NCBI GenBank assembly: GCA_035512375.1
Contig: DATKED010000297.1
Location: forward strand, 1 to 52,465
Length of the DNA: 52,465 nt
Reading direction: 5' to 3'
Source: Anaerolineales bacterium
GTDB taxonomy: Bacteria; Chloroflexota; Anaerolineae; Anaerolineales; Villigracilaceae
Shown here: one piece after another, positions 9,123 through 20,290 of the stretch
How positions within the stretch are numbered: position 1 is the stretch's first letter
Layout: every line of letters starts with the position of its first letter
Made by a program: the position numbers and the translations under genes
The notes under the pieces: model-generated
Databases searched by the model: none
The model's input: the letters and a program-made list of their open reading frames with translations, nothing else
Told to the model about the DNA's origin: nothing

Positions 9123-9890
9123 ATGGACATTCGATCCTATAATCGCGACGCGTGGAACCGTGAAGTGCAGGGCGGCAAGAACCGCTGGTCACAACCCGTC
9201 AGTCCTGAAATTATCGCCAAAGCAAAACAGGGAGAGTTTTCGATCCTGCTCACGGAAAATATCCCTGTTCCAAATAAATGGTTCCCTCCCCTCCAGGGAG
9301 CGGGGGTGCTATGTCTTGCCTCGGGTGGCGGTCAGCAGGGACCCGTCCTCGCCGCGGCGGGCGCAAACGTGACTGTCTTCGACAACTCCCCCGCCCAATT
9401 GAAACAGGACCAGTACGTGGCTGAGAGAGAATCGCTCTCGATCCACACCATGGAAGGCGACGCCGCGGATCTATCCATGTTTGCAGCTGAATCCTTTGAC
9501 CTGGTCTTCAATCCATGCTCGACGGTTTTCATGCCGAATGTGCGCGCGGTCTGGAAGGAGTGTTATCGCGTGCTCCGTCACAGCGGGATTTTGATGACCG
9601 GTTCAATGAACCCTGTCCATTATATTTTCGATCTGTACAAAGCCGATGAGGGAATCCTTGAAGTTGCGCATTCGATCCCCTACTCAGACCTGACAAGCAT
9701 TCCCAAAGAAGACCTGGATGAACTGATCGAAAAGGGATTGCCTGTTGAATTTGGTCACAGCCTCACAGACCTGCTCGGTGGTCAATGCGATGCAGGCTTT
9801 GTGATCACAGACATGTATGAAGATTACATGCTGGATTCTCCGTTACACAAATATCATCCAAGTTATATTGCTACACGGGCAGTCAGGTGA
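9123..9890 (+). CDS. Class I SAM-dependent methyltransferase
   Basis: VLCLASGGGQQG motif I, VFDNS, SFDLVF. Confidence 0.9.
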   Translation: MDIRSYNRDAWNREVQGGKNRWSQPVSPEIIAKAKQGEFSILLTENIPVPNKWFPPLQGAGVLCLASGGGQQGPVLAAAGANVTVFDNSPAQLKQDQYVAERESLSIHTMEGDAADLSMFAAESFDLVFNPCSTVFMPNVRAVWKECYRVLRHSGILMTGSMNPVHYIFDLYKADEGILEVAHSIPYSDLTSIPKEDLDELIEKGLPVEFGHSLTDLLGGQCDAGFVITDMYEDYMLDSPLHKYHPSYIATRAVR

Positions 9891-10043
9891 TAAGCAACTT
9901 GCGCCGCCTGTTCTGTTCTTTAAATTGTATACACGCATTGTGCACTCACGAGATGGAGATGTAACACAGGTTCCTGACCCACGTTAAAATTACAGCAGTA
10001 CTGAATGCTATAAACTCGCTCAGTTACGAAAGGAGAATACGAA

Positions 10044-10307
10044 ATGGGTCTTTTATCTTGGATCATAGTGGGTCTGATCGCAGGTTGGCTTGCCAACCAG
10101 ATGATGAGGGGTGGCCGTGGCAATGCTGCGACCGATATCATCGTGGGTGTCATAGGTGGTCTGGTCGGCGGCTTCCTGGCTGGTGAACTGTTTGGCGTGC
10201 CCAACGCCGTGAACGGCATCAATATAGGCAGCATTGTAGTCGCATTTCTGGGAGCCATTGTGGCTATAGCACTTGTCCGCGCCTTGCCCGGACGTTCACC
10301 GCTTTAG
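10044..10307 (+). CDS. GlsB/YeaQ/YmgE (transglycosylase-associated) membrane protein
   Basis: WIIVGLIAGWLA...DIIVGVIGGLVGG...SIVVAFLGAI; AAGGAG SD. Confidence 0.9.
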   Translation: MGLLSWIIVGLIAGWLANQMMRGGRGNAATDIIVGVIGGLVGGFLAGELFGVPNAVNGINIGSIVVAFLGAIVAIALVRALPGRSPL

Positions 10308-10337
10308 CCTGAAATCCCCCACCAGCGCTTGAGCTGG

Positions 10338-10373
10338 AAGGTGGTCTGCCCTCGGGCAGACCGCCTTTATTTT
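10338..10373 (+). terminator. Intrinsic terminator
   Basis: AAGGTGGTCTGCCC-TC-GGGCAGACCGCCTT followed by a T run. Confidence 0.75.
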
Positions 10374-10505
10374 CAATTCAGCACTGTGAGTACTTCACCC
10401 AACTGCCGCTGCGGATTTCGATTATTTGGGATATATTGTCTGAAATGATCAAACGGCAGTAACCAACAAGAGGCATGGAGCTCCCACTGCTTGAGATCGC
10501 TCAAT

Positions 10506-13500
10506 TTATCCTTTCTCGAATCTTTCCAACACATCCAACAGCTTTTCCTCCCAATCTTCATCTTTCCCAAATGAACACCAATAGGCATTTTTCCCGGAGC
10601 GTATGCCGGGACCCAGGTCAGGCAGCCATCTCCCATCTTTATCTTGACCTAAAGGCGGATAGCGCAGGATGATCTGTCCGCTCTCCCAATTGATCGCCGA
10701 CAGACCGGCTTTCTCCGCGCGCAGTTTGACGCGCATCTGGTAGAACAGGTTCTCCACCATTTCAGGCAGCTCGCCGAAACGGTCCTGGAATTCGGAAGCC
10801 AGTGCCTCGATCTCGGTCTCATCGCGCAAGTCCGCGATGCGGCGATACAGACGCAGACGCAGGTCCTGGTCGGCGATGTAGTTTGCAGGGATGCCAACCG
10901 CCAACGGCAGATCCACGTGGACCGGCATCGAGATCGGTTGAGTCAGACTCGAAAGTGCAAGATCGAACTTTCCTCTTCCATCTTTCTTCTCTCCATTTGC
11001 CCTTGACGTTTCGAGCCGTCTAATCTGTCGTACTGCATCCGCTAACAACCGCGTATACAAATGGAAACCCACTGCCTGGATATGTCCGTGCTGGCGCGTG
11101 CCGAGCAGTTCTCCTGCGCCGCGGATTTCAAGGTCGCGCATGGCAATCGAATAGCCTGCGCCCAATTGCGTATTCTCAGCAATGACTTCGAGTCGCTGCT
11201 GTCCCTCAATGGTGGGATTTAGCTTCCGGTGGCGAAAAAAGTAGGAGTAGGCGCGAGCTGCTCCCCGTCCGACGCGACCGCGCAGTTGATAGAGCTGAGC
11301 CAGACCGAACGTGTCGGCGCGGTCTACGATGAGCGTGTTCGCGTTAGGGATGTCCAACCCCGATTCGATGATCGTCGTTGAAAGCAGAACGTCCGTCTGC
11401 CCGGCATTGAAACGGTGCATCACCGATGCCAATTCGTTTTCCGGCATTTGCCCGTGACCAACATCCACCTGCGCTTCCGGCACAAGTTGATTCAAATGCA
11501 TTTTCATCGCATCGATTGTATGGACGCGATTATGGACAAAGAAGATTTGTCCGCCACGCTCGAGTTCACGCAGGATCGCCTGACGCACAAGCTTTGGAGA
11601 ATAAGGTCCAACATGCGTGACAATCGGCAGGCGTTCTTCGGGAGGCGTGTTGAGGTTTGAAATATCGCGCACCCCGGTCAGTGCCATATACAACGTACGC
11701 GGGATCGGCGTGGCAGTGAGCGTGAGCACATCCACTTCGGTACGAAGTTTTTTGAGATGCTCCTTGTGCGTCACACCGAAGCGCTGCTCTTCATCTATGA
11801 TCACCAAGCCAAGATCCTTGAATTGCACGTCCGAGGAGATCAGGCGATGCGTGCCGATCACAATATCCACTTCACCGATCGAGAGCTTATACAGGATGGA
11901 CGTTTGCTCACGCTGCGTCCGAAAACGCGAAAGCATTTCAACGTTCACAGGGAAGGCAGCCAGACGCTGTAGAAACGTTTCATAATGCTGCTGTGCAAGA
12001 ATGGTGGTTGGAACAAGGATCGCGACCTGTTTTCCATCCATCACCGCTTTGAACGCAGCGCGCAGTGCAACTTCGGTCTTTCCATAACCCACATCGCCGC
12101 ATAAGAGGCGGTCCATCGGGCGCGGTGATTCCATGCCGCGTTTGATGTCTGTCAGCGCACGCTTCTGGTCATCGGTCTCCACATACGGGAATGAATCTTC
12201 CAACTCCTTTTGCCAGGTTGTATCAGGCTTGAAAGCATAACCGTGTACAACATTTCGCCGCGCATAGAGGTCCAACATATCCTGCGCGACTTCGAGCACA
12301 GCTTGCTTGACCCGGCCCTTCTTTTCCTGCCATTCCTGCCCACCCAAACGATCCAGCGCGGGCACTGCGCCCTCCGCACCCACATAACGCGTCAGCCGGT
12401 CTGCCTGATGGACAGGCACGAATAACTGTCCGCCGCCCTCATACTCTACTGCCAAAAATTCACGAAGATGATTATCGAGTTCACGTTGGACCAATCCACC
12501 GAAGCGACCAACACCGTGGTCAATGTGAACGACATAATCGCCGACCTGCAGATCTGCATAAACGGATTCGGGCGTTTCGGCAACCGGTCGCTGACGCGTA
12601 CGCGGCTGAGGGCGCTCCCAACCAAAAACTTCGGAGTCCGTAATGAGGTGGACGATTGAGGATCGGTAATCGGCAATCGGTGATTCAGAATCAGAGGTTA
12701 GTGAATTAGAGACTGGAGATTGACTTTGAAGAACGAACCCCTCAGAGACAGAGGCTTCGATGAACTGGGGGTTTCCGGCGTCAGATTCACGAGTGTTGGA
12801 TTCGAGCCAGAGTTCCTGAAGACGTGAAGCTTGTCGCGAGACAATGAGGGCCTCTTCGGCTCTTTCAACGATTGAACTTAAATATTCGATAAAGGGCTTG
12901 AGTCTCCCTCCAAATCGTTCGTCATGACTGAAAGCTGATGAAAGAAGCTCTCCTGCCTCTTCCGCATCCGCGACGGTGGAATGACCAAGTTCCAGGAATG
13001 AACGGTTGTGCAGGTTATCAAGCAATTCAGGCCAGGTAACATACGGCAGGGGAAAATCGGGAGGGAGAGTCTCTTCCGCAATCCTGTCCTGTCTGAATTT
13101 GACAGCCTGCTCCTCCACTTCGGCAACCATGCCTTCGACGACCGAAAGATCGTCAACGAGGACCAGGGCTTTCTGTGGAAGAAAGTCGAGTAGGCTGGCA
13201 GATTGTGGATGCAGAACCGGAATATGAAATTCAGAAAGTTCACCATCCTGATCACCCGGGCTAATGTATTCACGCGCAGGCGTGATCAGGATCGATTCGA
13301 GTTTCTCAACGGTGCGCTGGGATGCCGGGTCAAACCGGCGAATCGTTTCGATCTCATCGCCGAAGAAATCCAAACGGACTGGCAGCTTTTCGGCGGGTGT
13401 CCATATATCCATAATACCGCCGCGCCTGGAGAATTGACCCGGCTCGAGCACTGTGTTCACGCGCTGATAGCCAATCTCCACCCAGGACCGTGCGAGAGCA

Positions 13501-13976
13501 TCAGGCTGGGCGCTCTGCCCGGCAGAGAGCTTCCTACAGGCCCTTAGGAAGTCGCGGCGCGGCATCGTACGCGTCATCAATGAACGCGCAGACGCGACAA
13601 AAATGGGAGAAACTTCGGGCTTTTGCGCAAACGGAAGATGAGAAACTGCCAGTGCCGTGAGAGTTTGTAAACGTTCGCGGCGAGTGGTCACCCCCCAGGC
13701 AGCCTGTTCATAAAACAACGGATTTGGTTCTGCAAAATGATAGCGCGGTGATTTGACCCAGAAACTCAATTCGTCAAACAGCGAAAGCGAGTGGTCGGCA
13801 CGGTCGGTGATGAGCAGGACGGGACGATTAAGGTCCTGGTGCAGCGCGGTAAGGAGAGGCAGCCGCGCGGCGCGCGGCAATCCCAAACCTGGCAGTTGCT
13901 TGCCACCGGCCTGGAGCTGTTTCAGCAGTTGCTGATATGGCGAGAGATCACGAATTTTATTGAGAATAATTTCCAT
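10506..13976 (-). CDS. mfd: Transcription-repair coupling factor Mfd
   Basis: [58 protein letters not shown] motif DLEIRGAG. Confidence 0.98.
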   Translation of the reverse strand: MEIILNKIRDLSPYQQLLKQLQAGGKQLPGLGLPRAARLPLLTALHQDLNRPVLLITDRADHSLSLFDELSFWVKSPRYHFAEPNPLFYEQAAWGVTTRRERLQTLTALAVSHLPFAQKPEVSPIFVASARSLMTRTMPRRDFLRACRKLSAGQSAQPDALARSWVEIGYQRVNTVLEPGQFSRRGGIMDIWTPAEKLPVRLDFFGDEIETIRRFDPASQRTVEKLESILITPAREYISPGDQDGELSEFHIPVLHPQSASLLDFLPQKALVLVDDLSVVEGMVAEVEEQAVKFRQDRIAEETLPPDFPLPYVTWPELLDNLHNRSFLELGHSTVADAEEAGELLSSAFSHDERFGGRLKPFIEYLSSIVERAEEALIVSRQASRLQELWLESNTRESDAGNPQFIEASVSEGFVLQSQSPVSNSLTSDSESPIADYRSSIVHLITDSEVFGWERPQPRTRQRPVAETPESVYADLQVGDYVVHIDHGVGRFGGLVQRELDNHLREFLAVEYEGGGQLFVPVHQADRLTRYVGAEGAVPALDRLGGQEWQEKKGRVKQAVLEVAQDMLDLYARRNVVHGYAFKPDTTWQKELEDSFPYVETDDQKRALTDIKRGMESPRPMDRLLCGDVGYGKTEVALRAAFKAVMDGKQVAILVPTTILAQQHYETFLQRLAAFPVNVEMLSRFRTQREQTSILYKLSIGEVDIVIGTHRLISSDVQFKDLGLVIIDEEQRFGVTHKEHLKKLRTEVDVLTLTATPIPRTLYMALTGVRDISNLNTPPEERLPIVTHVGPYSPKLVRQAILRELERGGQIFFVHNRVHTIDAMKMHLNQLVPEAQVDVGHGQMPENELASVMHRFNAGQTDVLLSTTIIESGLDIPNANTLIVDRADTFGLAQLYQLRGRVGRGAARAYSYFFRHRKLNPTIEGQQRLEVIAENTQLGAGYSIAMRDLEIRGAGELLGTRQHGHIQAVGFHLYTRLLADAVRQIRRLETSRANGEKKDGRGKFDLALSSLTQPISMPVHVDLPLAVGIPANYIADQDLRLRLYRRIADLRDETEIEALASEFQDRFGELPEMVENLFYQMRVKLRAEKAGLSAINWESGQIILRYPPLGQDKDGRWLPDLGPGIRSGKNAYWCSFGKDEDWEEKLLDVLERFEKG

Positions 13977-13983
13977 ATCACCT

Positions 13984-14070
13984 GGAGGGGCAAGGCTTGC
14001 CGTCTCGCACCTTCGTGTTCGCTGTACAAACGGTATCCATGCCCTGGGCGACCATATGGGTCACCCCTAC
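13984..14070. repeat. GTAG-type REP pair, one degenerate
   Basis: Minus strand GTAG-GGGTGACC-CATAT-GGTCGCCC overlapping the pth stop, facing a degenerate GGAG-GGGCAAGGC...GTCTCGCAC copy. Confidence 0.5.
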
Positions 14071-14651
14071 AATTCAATGGAACCGTTGTACTTATTCATC
14101 GCTTTATCCAAACCATCTACCACAAATGTGAGCGCGGCATCGGCGGCGCGGTCAATGATCTCGGAAAGGACTTTCATTTCCTCACGGGAGAAATCCTGCA
14201 GCACATACGCGGAAGGATCCATCCGACCAGGGGGGCGACCAATACCAATTCGCAAGCGCGGGAAGTCCTTTGTGCCAAGTTGTTCAATCGTCGAGGCCAT
14301 GCCTCCTTGTCCGCCGGGACCTCCCTTGTGACGAATGCGCAGAGTGCCAAAGGGAATATCAAGATCATCATGCGCGATGAGCATGTTTTCCACAGGCAGC
14401 TTGTAGAAGTTGAGCAATCCCTGTGCAGATCGACCTGACAGATTCATATATGTCTGTGGTTTTGCAAGGATGAGTTTACGATCTTCGTAAGTCGAAGTGG
14501 TAACAATTGCTTTTGACTGCACTTTCAATCCGCGCGCATTGAGGCGCACAATGAGCCGGTCAATAAGCATAAAGCCAACGTTGTGGCGATTGTCTCTGTA
14601 TTCGCGGCCTGGGTTGCCAAGGCCGATGAGAAGGTAAGTGTCAAGTATCAT
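14067..14651 (-). CDS. pth: Peptidyl-tRNA hydrolase
   Basis: LIGLGNPG..Y..NRHNVGF, KPQTYMNLSG, HDDLD, RLRIGIGRP. Confidence 0.97.
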   Translation of the reverse strand: MILDTYLLIGLGNPGREYRDNRHNVGFMLIDRLIVRLNARGLKVQSKAIVTTSTYEDRKLILAKPQTYMNLSGRSAQGLLNFYKLPVENMLIAHDDLDIPFGTLRIRHKGGPGGQGGMASTIEQLGTKDFPRLRIGIGRPPGRMDPSAYVLQDFSREEMKVLSEIIDRAADAALTFVVDGLDKAMNKYNGSIEL

Positions 14652-14660
14652 AAGTCAGGT

Positions 14661-15266
14661 TCAATAGCGGCGCACGCGAAAGATGAGTCCCGCGAGTGCG
14701 AATAGCCCAAGAATAACAAGCGCGCCGCGCCCCAGGCTCGCATAAATTTCGTTTTGCCCCAATGAGGCAGGATTCGCCGGCAGCGCGGTCGGTGTGGGAC
14801 GCGGCAGGTCAGTGGGCGTGGGTGAGGCTGCAAGCAAAAATGGTGTGGGGATAAGGATGATCTCCCCTTCCGGTGTGAGGGTCGGCTCAAGCGTTGGGGT
14901 CGGTATAGGGATGTCATTTCCTATTTTGATGGGAACAGTCACCTCCTGAAACGTGCCGTCCTCAAAATTCACGCGTAGGCGAAGAACGTAATCGCCGTCC
15001 GTAATGGGAGTGGTATCCCACAAGGCCAGCGTGGAGTCGATTATGGATGTAGGAACCGCCTGGATGGTGAACCACGTGTTGGTCGGGTTCGACGCGTACG
15101 CAAAGTCCAATTGGGCAGAGACAAAGCTTGGGACGTCCACTCTGCCGGTGATCGTGACCTCGCCGCGTAAAACTTCATCCGGCACAGGGGAAGCGATCGC
15201 AATCGCAGGAGAATCCTGTGCGGCGATGAGGAGCAGAACAAGAAGAAGAAGGAATGGTCGTTTCAT
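14661..15266 (-). CDS. Secreted/membrane-anchored protein with Ig-like domain
   Basis: Signal peptide MKRPFLLLLVLLLIAA, WDTT..TDGDYVLRLRV beta-sandwich, Pro/Thr linker, C-terminal TM. Confidence 0.75.
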   Translation of the reverse strand: MKRPFLLLLVLLLIAAQDSPAIAIASPVPDEVLRGEVTITGRVDVPSFVSAQLDFAYASNPTNTWFTIQAVPTSIIDSTLALWDTTPITDGDYVLRLRVNFEDGTFQEVTVPIKIGNDIPIPTPTLEPTLTPEGEIILIPTPFLLAASPTPTDLPRPTPTALPANPASLGQNEIYASLGRGALVILGLFALAGLIFRVRRY

Positions 15267-15344
15267 CAATCGAACCGAACACGTAAGTTTAACATGAAGC
15301 GATAAAGCGGTCAAATTTAACGAAACTTCGAAGTCTTTATGAAT

Positions 15345-15377
15345 GGCTTCCGAAGTCCATTTAGAATATGGTAAACT
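15345..15377 (+). promoter_or_regulatory. Second promoter carrying GGCTTCCGAAGTCCAT
   Basis: Motif + 7 nt + ATGGTAAACT upstream of the roadblock gene. Confidence 0.6.
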
Positions 15378-15404
15378 GTGACTGACATCATTCAGGAGAA
15401 CCTT

Positions 15405-15779
15405 ATGACAAGAAATCGCGCTGACCTCATGGTGGACCGTCTGCGAAATATGCAAGCCGCCGCGCCGGATATCGAAGCCTCTGCCGTTGTTTCCGTGGAT
15501 GGTTTGATCATGGCTTCTGCCTTGCAGCAGGGCGTGGAAGAAGACCGTGTATCGGCGATGTCTGCGGCAATGCTCAGCCTGGGCGAACGCATTTCCAATG
15601 AATTGGGGCGGGCCGGGCTGGAGCAGGTCTACATCAAGGGTGATAAGGGTTCAATTGTGCTGACGTCCATTGGCGATGAGGCGGTACTAACGGCAATGGC
15701 GCGGCAGGACGCGAAACTGGGTATGATCTTCCTTGAGATGCGGCGGGCCGCCGAGGATCTCGTTAAACTGGTTGGATGA
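15405..15779 (+). CDS. Roadblock/LC7 (MglB-like) protein
   Basis: ASAVVSVDGLIMAS...EDRVSAMSAAMLSLGERI..EL, KLGMIFLEMRR; AGGAG SD. Confidence 0.92.
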   Translation: MTRNRADLMVDRLRNMQAAAPDIEASAVVSVDGLIMASALQQGVEEDRVSAMSAAMLSLGERISNELGRAGLEQVYIKGDKGSIVLTSIGDEAVLTAMARQDAKLGMIFLEMRRAAEDLVKLVG

Positions 15780-15820
15780 AAACAAAGAATTATCAGCAAC
15801 TTACCAAGTACGTCATTCCC

Positions 15821-15856
15821 GATGGGGAGGGCTCAACTGCCCTCCCCATCTCTTTT
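15821..15856 (+). terminator. Intrinsic terminator
   Basis: GATGGGGAGGGC-TCAACT-GCCCTCCCCATC then TCTTTT. Confidence 0.75.
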
Positions 15857-15879
15857 GTGTACATCGCAGTGTAATTTCT

Positions 15880-15913
15880 CCCTCACCTCTTCCCCTCTCC
15901 CGCTGGAGAGGGG
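15880..15913. repeat. CCCTCACC...CCCCTCTCC/GGAGAGGGG palindromic repeat
   Basis: Perfect 9-bp IR preceded by CCCTCACC, upstream of pyrG. Confidence 0.6.
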
Positions 15914-15932
15914 TTATGTATTGGAAAGGTAA

Positions 15933-17549
<1,617 letters not shown>

Positions 17550-17552
17550 TTA

Positions 17553-17588
17553 AAAAGAGGTGGACTCGTGGTCCACCTCTTTGCTTTT
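17553..17588. terminator. Bidirectional terminator between pyrG and TerC gene
   Basis: AAAAGAGGTGGAC-TCGTG-GTCCACCTCTTT. Confidence 0.8.
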
Positions 17589-17593
17589 GGAGA

Positions 17594-18409
17594 TTAGCGC
17601 TTCTTCTTCCCTGGCTTCCTCTTCACGGGAGCCTTCGCCGGCACACTGGCCACTGCCACACCGCCAGTCACCGTCTCTCTATAGGGCTCATGCAAACTGA
17701 CCGGTTTGGCACCACCGCGCAAACGCAGATTCAGCAATTCCACAAAGATGGAGAAGCCCATGGCAAAGTAAATATATCCTTTCGGGATATGCTGGTGTAA
17801 ACCTTCGACGATCAAGGTAAAACCGATCAACAACAGGAAACTTAATGCCAGCATCTTGACAGTTGGATGACGTTCGACAAAACCGGCAAGTGGTTTTGCA
17901 GTCACCACCATCACGACCGCCGAGATGAGCACTGCTGCAATCATGATCTCGATACGATCCACCATGCCAACTGCGGTGATCACGGAATCCAGAGAAAAAA
18001 CGAGATCGAGCAGCATGATCTGAAAGATCACATTCCAAAACGCCGCCCGAACCCTTGCAGACGAATGACCCTCCTCCCCCTCCAGCTTTTGATGGATTTC
18101 ATGTACGCTTTTCCAGAGCAGGAACAGTCCGCCTGCGATCAGTACCAGGTCACGGCCCGAAATTTCAACTGTCAACACAGAAAAGAGCGGCTCCGTCAGG
18201 CCAATGATCCAGGAAAGCGAAAACAAAAGCAAAATACGTGTTATCACAGCCATCATAATGCCGGTCGTTCGCGCCCGTTGTTGTTGCTCTGGTGGAAGCT
18301 TGCCAGCCAGTATCGAAATGAATATCACATTGTCGACCCCCAGCACAAGTTCGAGCGCTACGAGCGTGAGAAACGCGATCCAAGTTGCAGGTTCAGTAAT
18401 CCATTCCAT
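17594..18409 (-). CDS. TerC-family membrane protein
   Basis: LELVLGVDN, DLVFSLDSVITAVG, PKGYIYFAMGFS. Confidence 0.95.
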   Translation of the reverse strand: MEWITEPATWIAFLTLVALELVLGVDNVIFISILAGKLPPEQQQRARTTGIMMAVITRILLLFSLSWIIGLTEPLFSVLTVEISGRDLVLIAGGLFLLWKSVHEIHQKLEGEEGHSSARVRAAFWNVIFQIMLLDLVFSLDSVITAVGMVDRIEIMIAAVLISAVVMVVTAKPLAGFVERHPTVKMLALSFLLLIGFTLIVEGLHQHIPKGYIYFAMGFSIFVELLNLRLRGGAKPVSLHEPYRETVTGGVAVASVPAKAPVKRKPGKKKR

Positions 18410-18494
18410 ACAGCCATCTCCTTAAGTTGGTAAACTTTCCCGAGTATAACCGAACTGAAGGCAGTTTTGCATGATGCTATAATTCAATGCCAGT

Positions 18495-19325
18495 ATGAAG
18501 ACACAACCTTTCCAACTGACCACCTTATCGCAATCCTCCCTGCAGGATTATACGGATTGCGCCCAGCGATTCAAACTGCGGTATCTAGATCGACTGTCTT
18601 ACCCTGCAGTTGAAACGGAACCTGCGTTGGAGAATGAGAGGCATCAGCAGGAAGGCGAATACTTTCACCGGCTCGTGCAACAACACCTGATCGGCATCCC
18701 GGCGGCACAGATCGCCAAGTTTGCCAACACAATGAATCTGCAAAGATGGTGGGAGAATTTTCAGAATTCAAAAGATTTGAGAGGGCTTGGAGACCTCTCA
18801 GGTCTGTACCCGGAAGCAACACTTTCTGCCCCACTTGGCAGATATCGACTGCTGGCGAAATACGATCTGATCGCGGTCAGCAACGGCAAAGCTCTCATTT
18901 ACGATTGGAAAACCTATCGCAAGAGACCGCGCAATGAGTGGCTTGCTGCGCGCATGCAGACGCGCGTCTATCGCGCGCTGCTCGTCCAGGCGGGCGCGCA
19001 CCTGAACAACGGCAAACCCTTCGAGCCGGAGCAGATCGAGATGATCTACTGGTTCGCAGATTTCCCCGAGGAACCTGCTCGATTTCCTTACACCTCAGCG
19101 CAATTCAAACGGGATTGGGATACCCTGCTCAAACTTTCGGATGAAGTTGCCTCCGTTTCCTCCTACCCGCTTACGGAGGACCGTCAAAAGTGTCTCTTCT
19201 GCACCTACAGGTCGTACTGCGAACGCGGCATCCGCGCCGGGGATATCGAACAGGCGGAAGCCGGGATGGAAGCCGAAGAGCTGTTCGACGTCAACTTTGA
19301 GCAGATCGGCGAGATCGCATTTTGA
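18495..19325 (+). CDS. PD-(D/E)XK nuclease (RecB/AddB/Cas4-like) with 4-Cys motif
   Basis: LSQSSLQDYTDC, G..FH, KYDLI..IYDWKT, Q..VY, CLFCTYRSYC. Confidence 0.85.
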   Translation: MKTQPFQLTTLSQSSLQDYTDCAQRFKLRYLDRLSYPAVETEPALENERHQQEGEYFHRLVQQHLIGIPAAQIAKFANTMNLQRWWENFQNSKDLRGLGDLSGLYPEATLSAPLGRYRLLAKYDLIAVSNGKALIYDWKTYRKRPRNEWLAARMQTRVYRALLVQAGAHLNNGKPFEPEQIEMIYWFADFPEEPARFPYTSAQFKRDWDTLLKLSDEVASVSSYPLTEDRQKCLFCTYRSYCERGIRAGDIEQAEAGMEAEELFDVNFEQIGEIAF

Positions 19326-19328
19326 ATC

Positions 19329-20207
19329 TCACTTTATATAAACCCCAAGATGATTTCCCACTGGTCGTTCCGTGCCGGGAATGTAATGGTCGATAGGCGA
19401 GTTCAAGATTACGGGTCTGCCGTCCTCTCCTTCGATGACCATCGTTGATGAGCCGCCCCCATCCAGGCTCATCGCCTGGAAAGCACCCTGTTCCAGCAAC
19501 AGGTTTGCAAGATCGGCAAATGTGGCGCCATCGCTGTAAAAGGGCTGACGACCGTCCACAACCACGAGATAGAGATAACGCCCATTGCGATTGATCCCGA
19601 TCGCGGTGCGCGGCTCCAGTTCCTCGTCATCCAGTTCAGGAACCATCTCTCCTTTGAGCAGGAGCATGCGGTCACCGGTGATTGCAGTATGCACTCTATT
19701 CGGTCTATTGTTGAATGACAAAGCATTTCTGCGACTGATGTAGAGGACAGGCGGAACGCCTTCTGTATCGTCATCCGTCCAATAGACCTCGCCATTTGAC
19801 GCGGTGAAGCCGGAAGGCGCAATCGGGTCACCCACATGTGGATAAAAGTCCGCCGGACCGTGAGACCACCAGGGAGAGAAACCACCGCCGTTGACCGCGA
19901 TCTGCAGGCTGAATTCATCAAGGAATTGAGAGGTCGTGCGGGCGTTCAGTGGGGTTTCCCCATCCGAGTCCGGGGGGGTGACCAGAAATTCGATCCCATT
20001 CACTTTCGTATCAATGGTCAATACATGCGCGATCACCGGGCGCGGGAACAATCGGACGACGCGGCGATAAGTGACGCCCTCATAGAGCTCTTGTTTCATT
20101 GGGACTGGCGCTGGTCGTCCGCGGTCGTAGAGCAAATAACCAACAATGCACAGACCCATCAGTGGAAGGACGAATGCAAGGTTTCTCAACCATTTTCTCG
20201 TTCGCAT
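19329..20207 (-). CDS. Phosphodiester glycosidase (NAGPA/DUF2233) family
   Basis: AVNGGGF, EPRTAIG, VVVDGRQ, AMSLDGGGSST. Confidence 0.92.
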   Translation of the reverse strand: MRTRKWLRNLAFVLPLMGLCIVGYLLYDRGRPAPVPMKQELYEGVTYRRVVRLFPRPVIAHVLTIDTKVNGIEFLVTPPDSDGETPLNARTTSQFLDEFSLQIAVNGGGFSPWWSHGPADFYPHVGDPIAPSGFTASNGEVYWTDDDTEGVPPVLYISRRNALSFNNRPNRVHTAITGDRMLLLKGEMVPELDDEELEPRTAIGINRNGRYLYLVVVDGRQPFYSDGATFADLANLLLEQGAFQAMSLDGGGSSTMVIEGEDGRPVILNSPIDHYIPGTERPVGNHLGVYIK

Positions 20208-20235
20208 AAAATAATTCTATAACCTGGAAATTAAT

Positions 20236-20266
20236 AAAAAATAAGGGCAGCTTGGCATCTGCCCTT
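20236..20266 (-). terminator. Intrinsic terminator after DUF1385 gene
   Basis: AAGGGCAG...CTGCCCTT hairpin with a T run on the minus strand. Confidence 0.6.
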
Positions 20267-20290
20267 CTGGAGATTACTTTGCTTCGCTGA

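Noticed and set aside
18495-19325. CRISPR-Cas locus
   Set aside because: No cas1/cas2 and no repeat-spacer array anywhere in the window.
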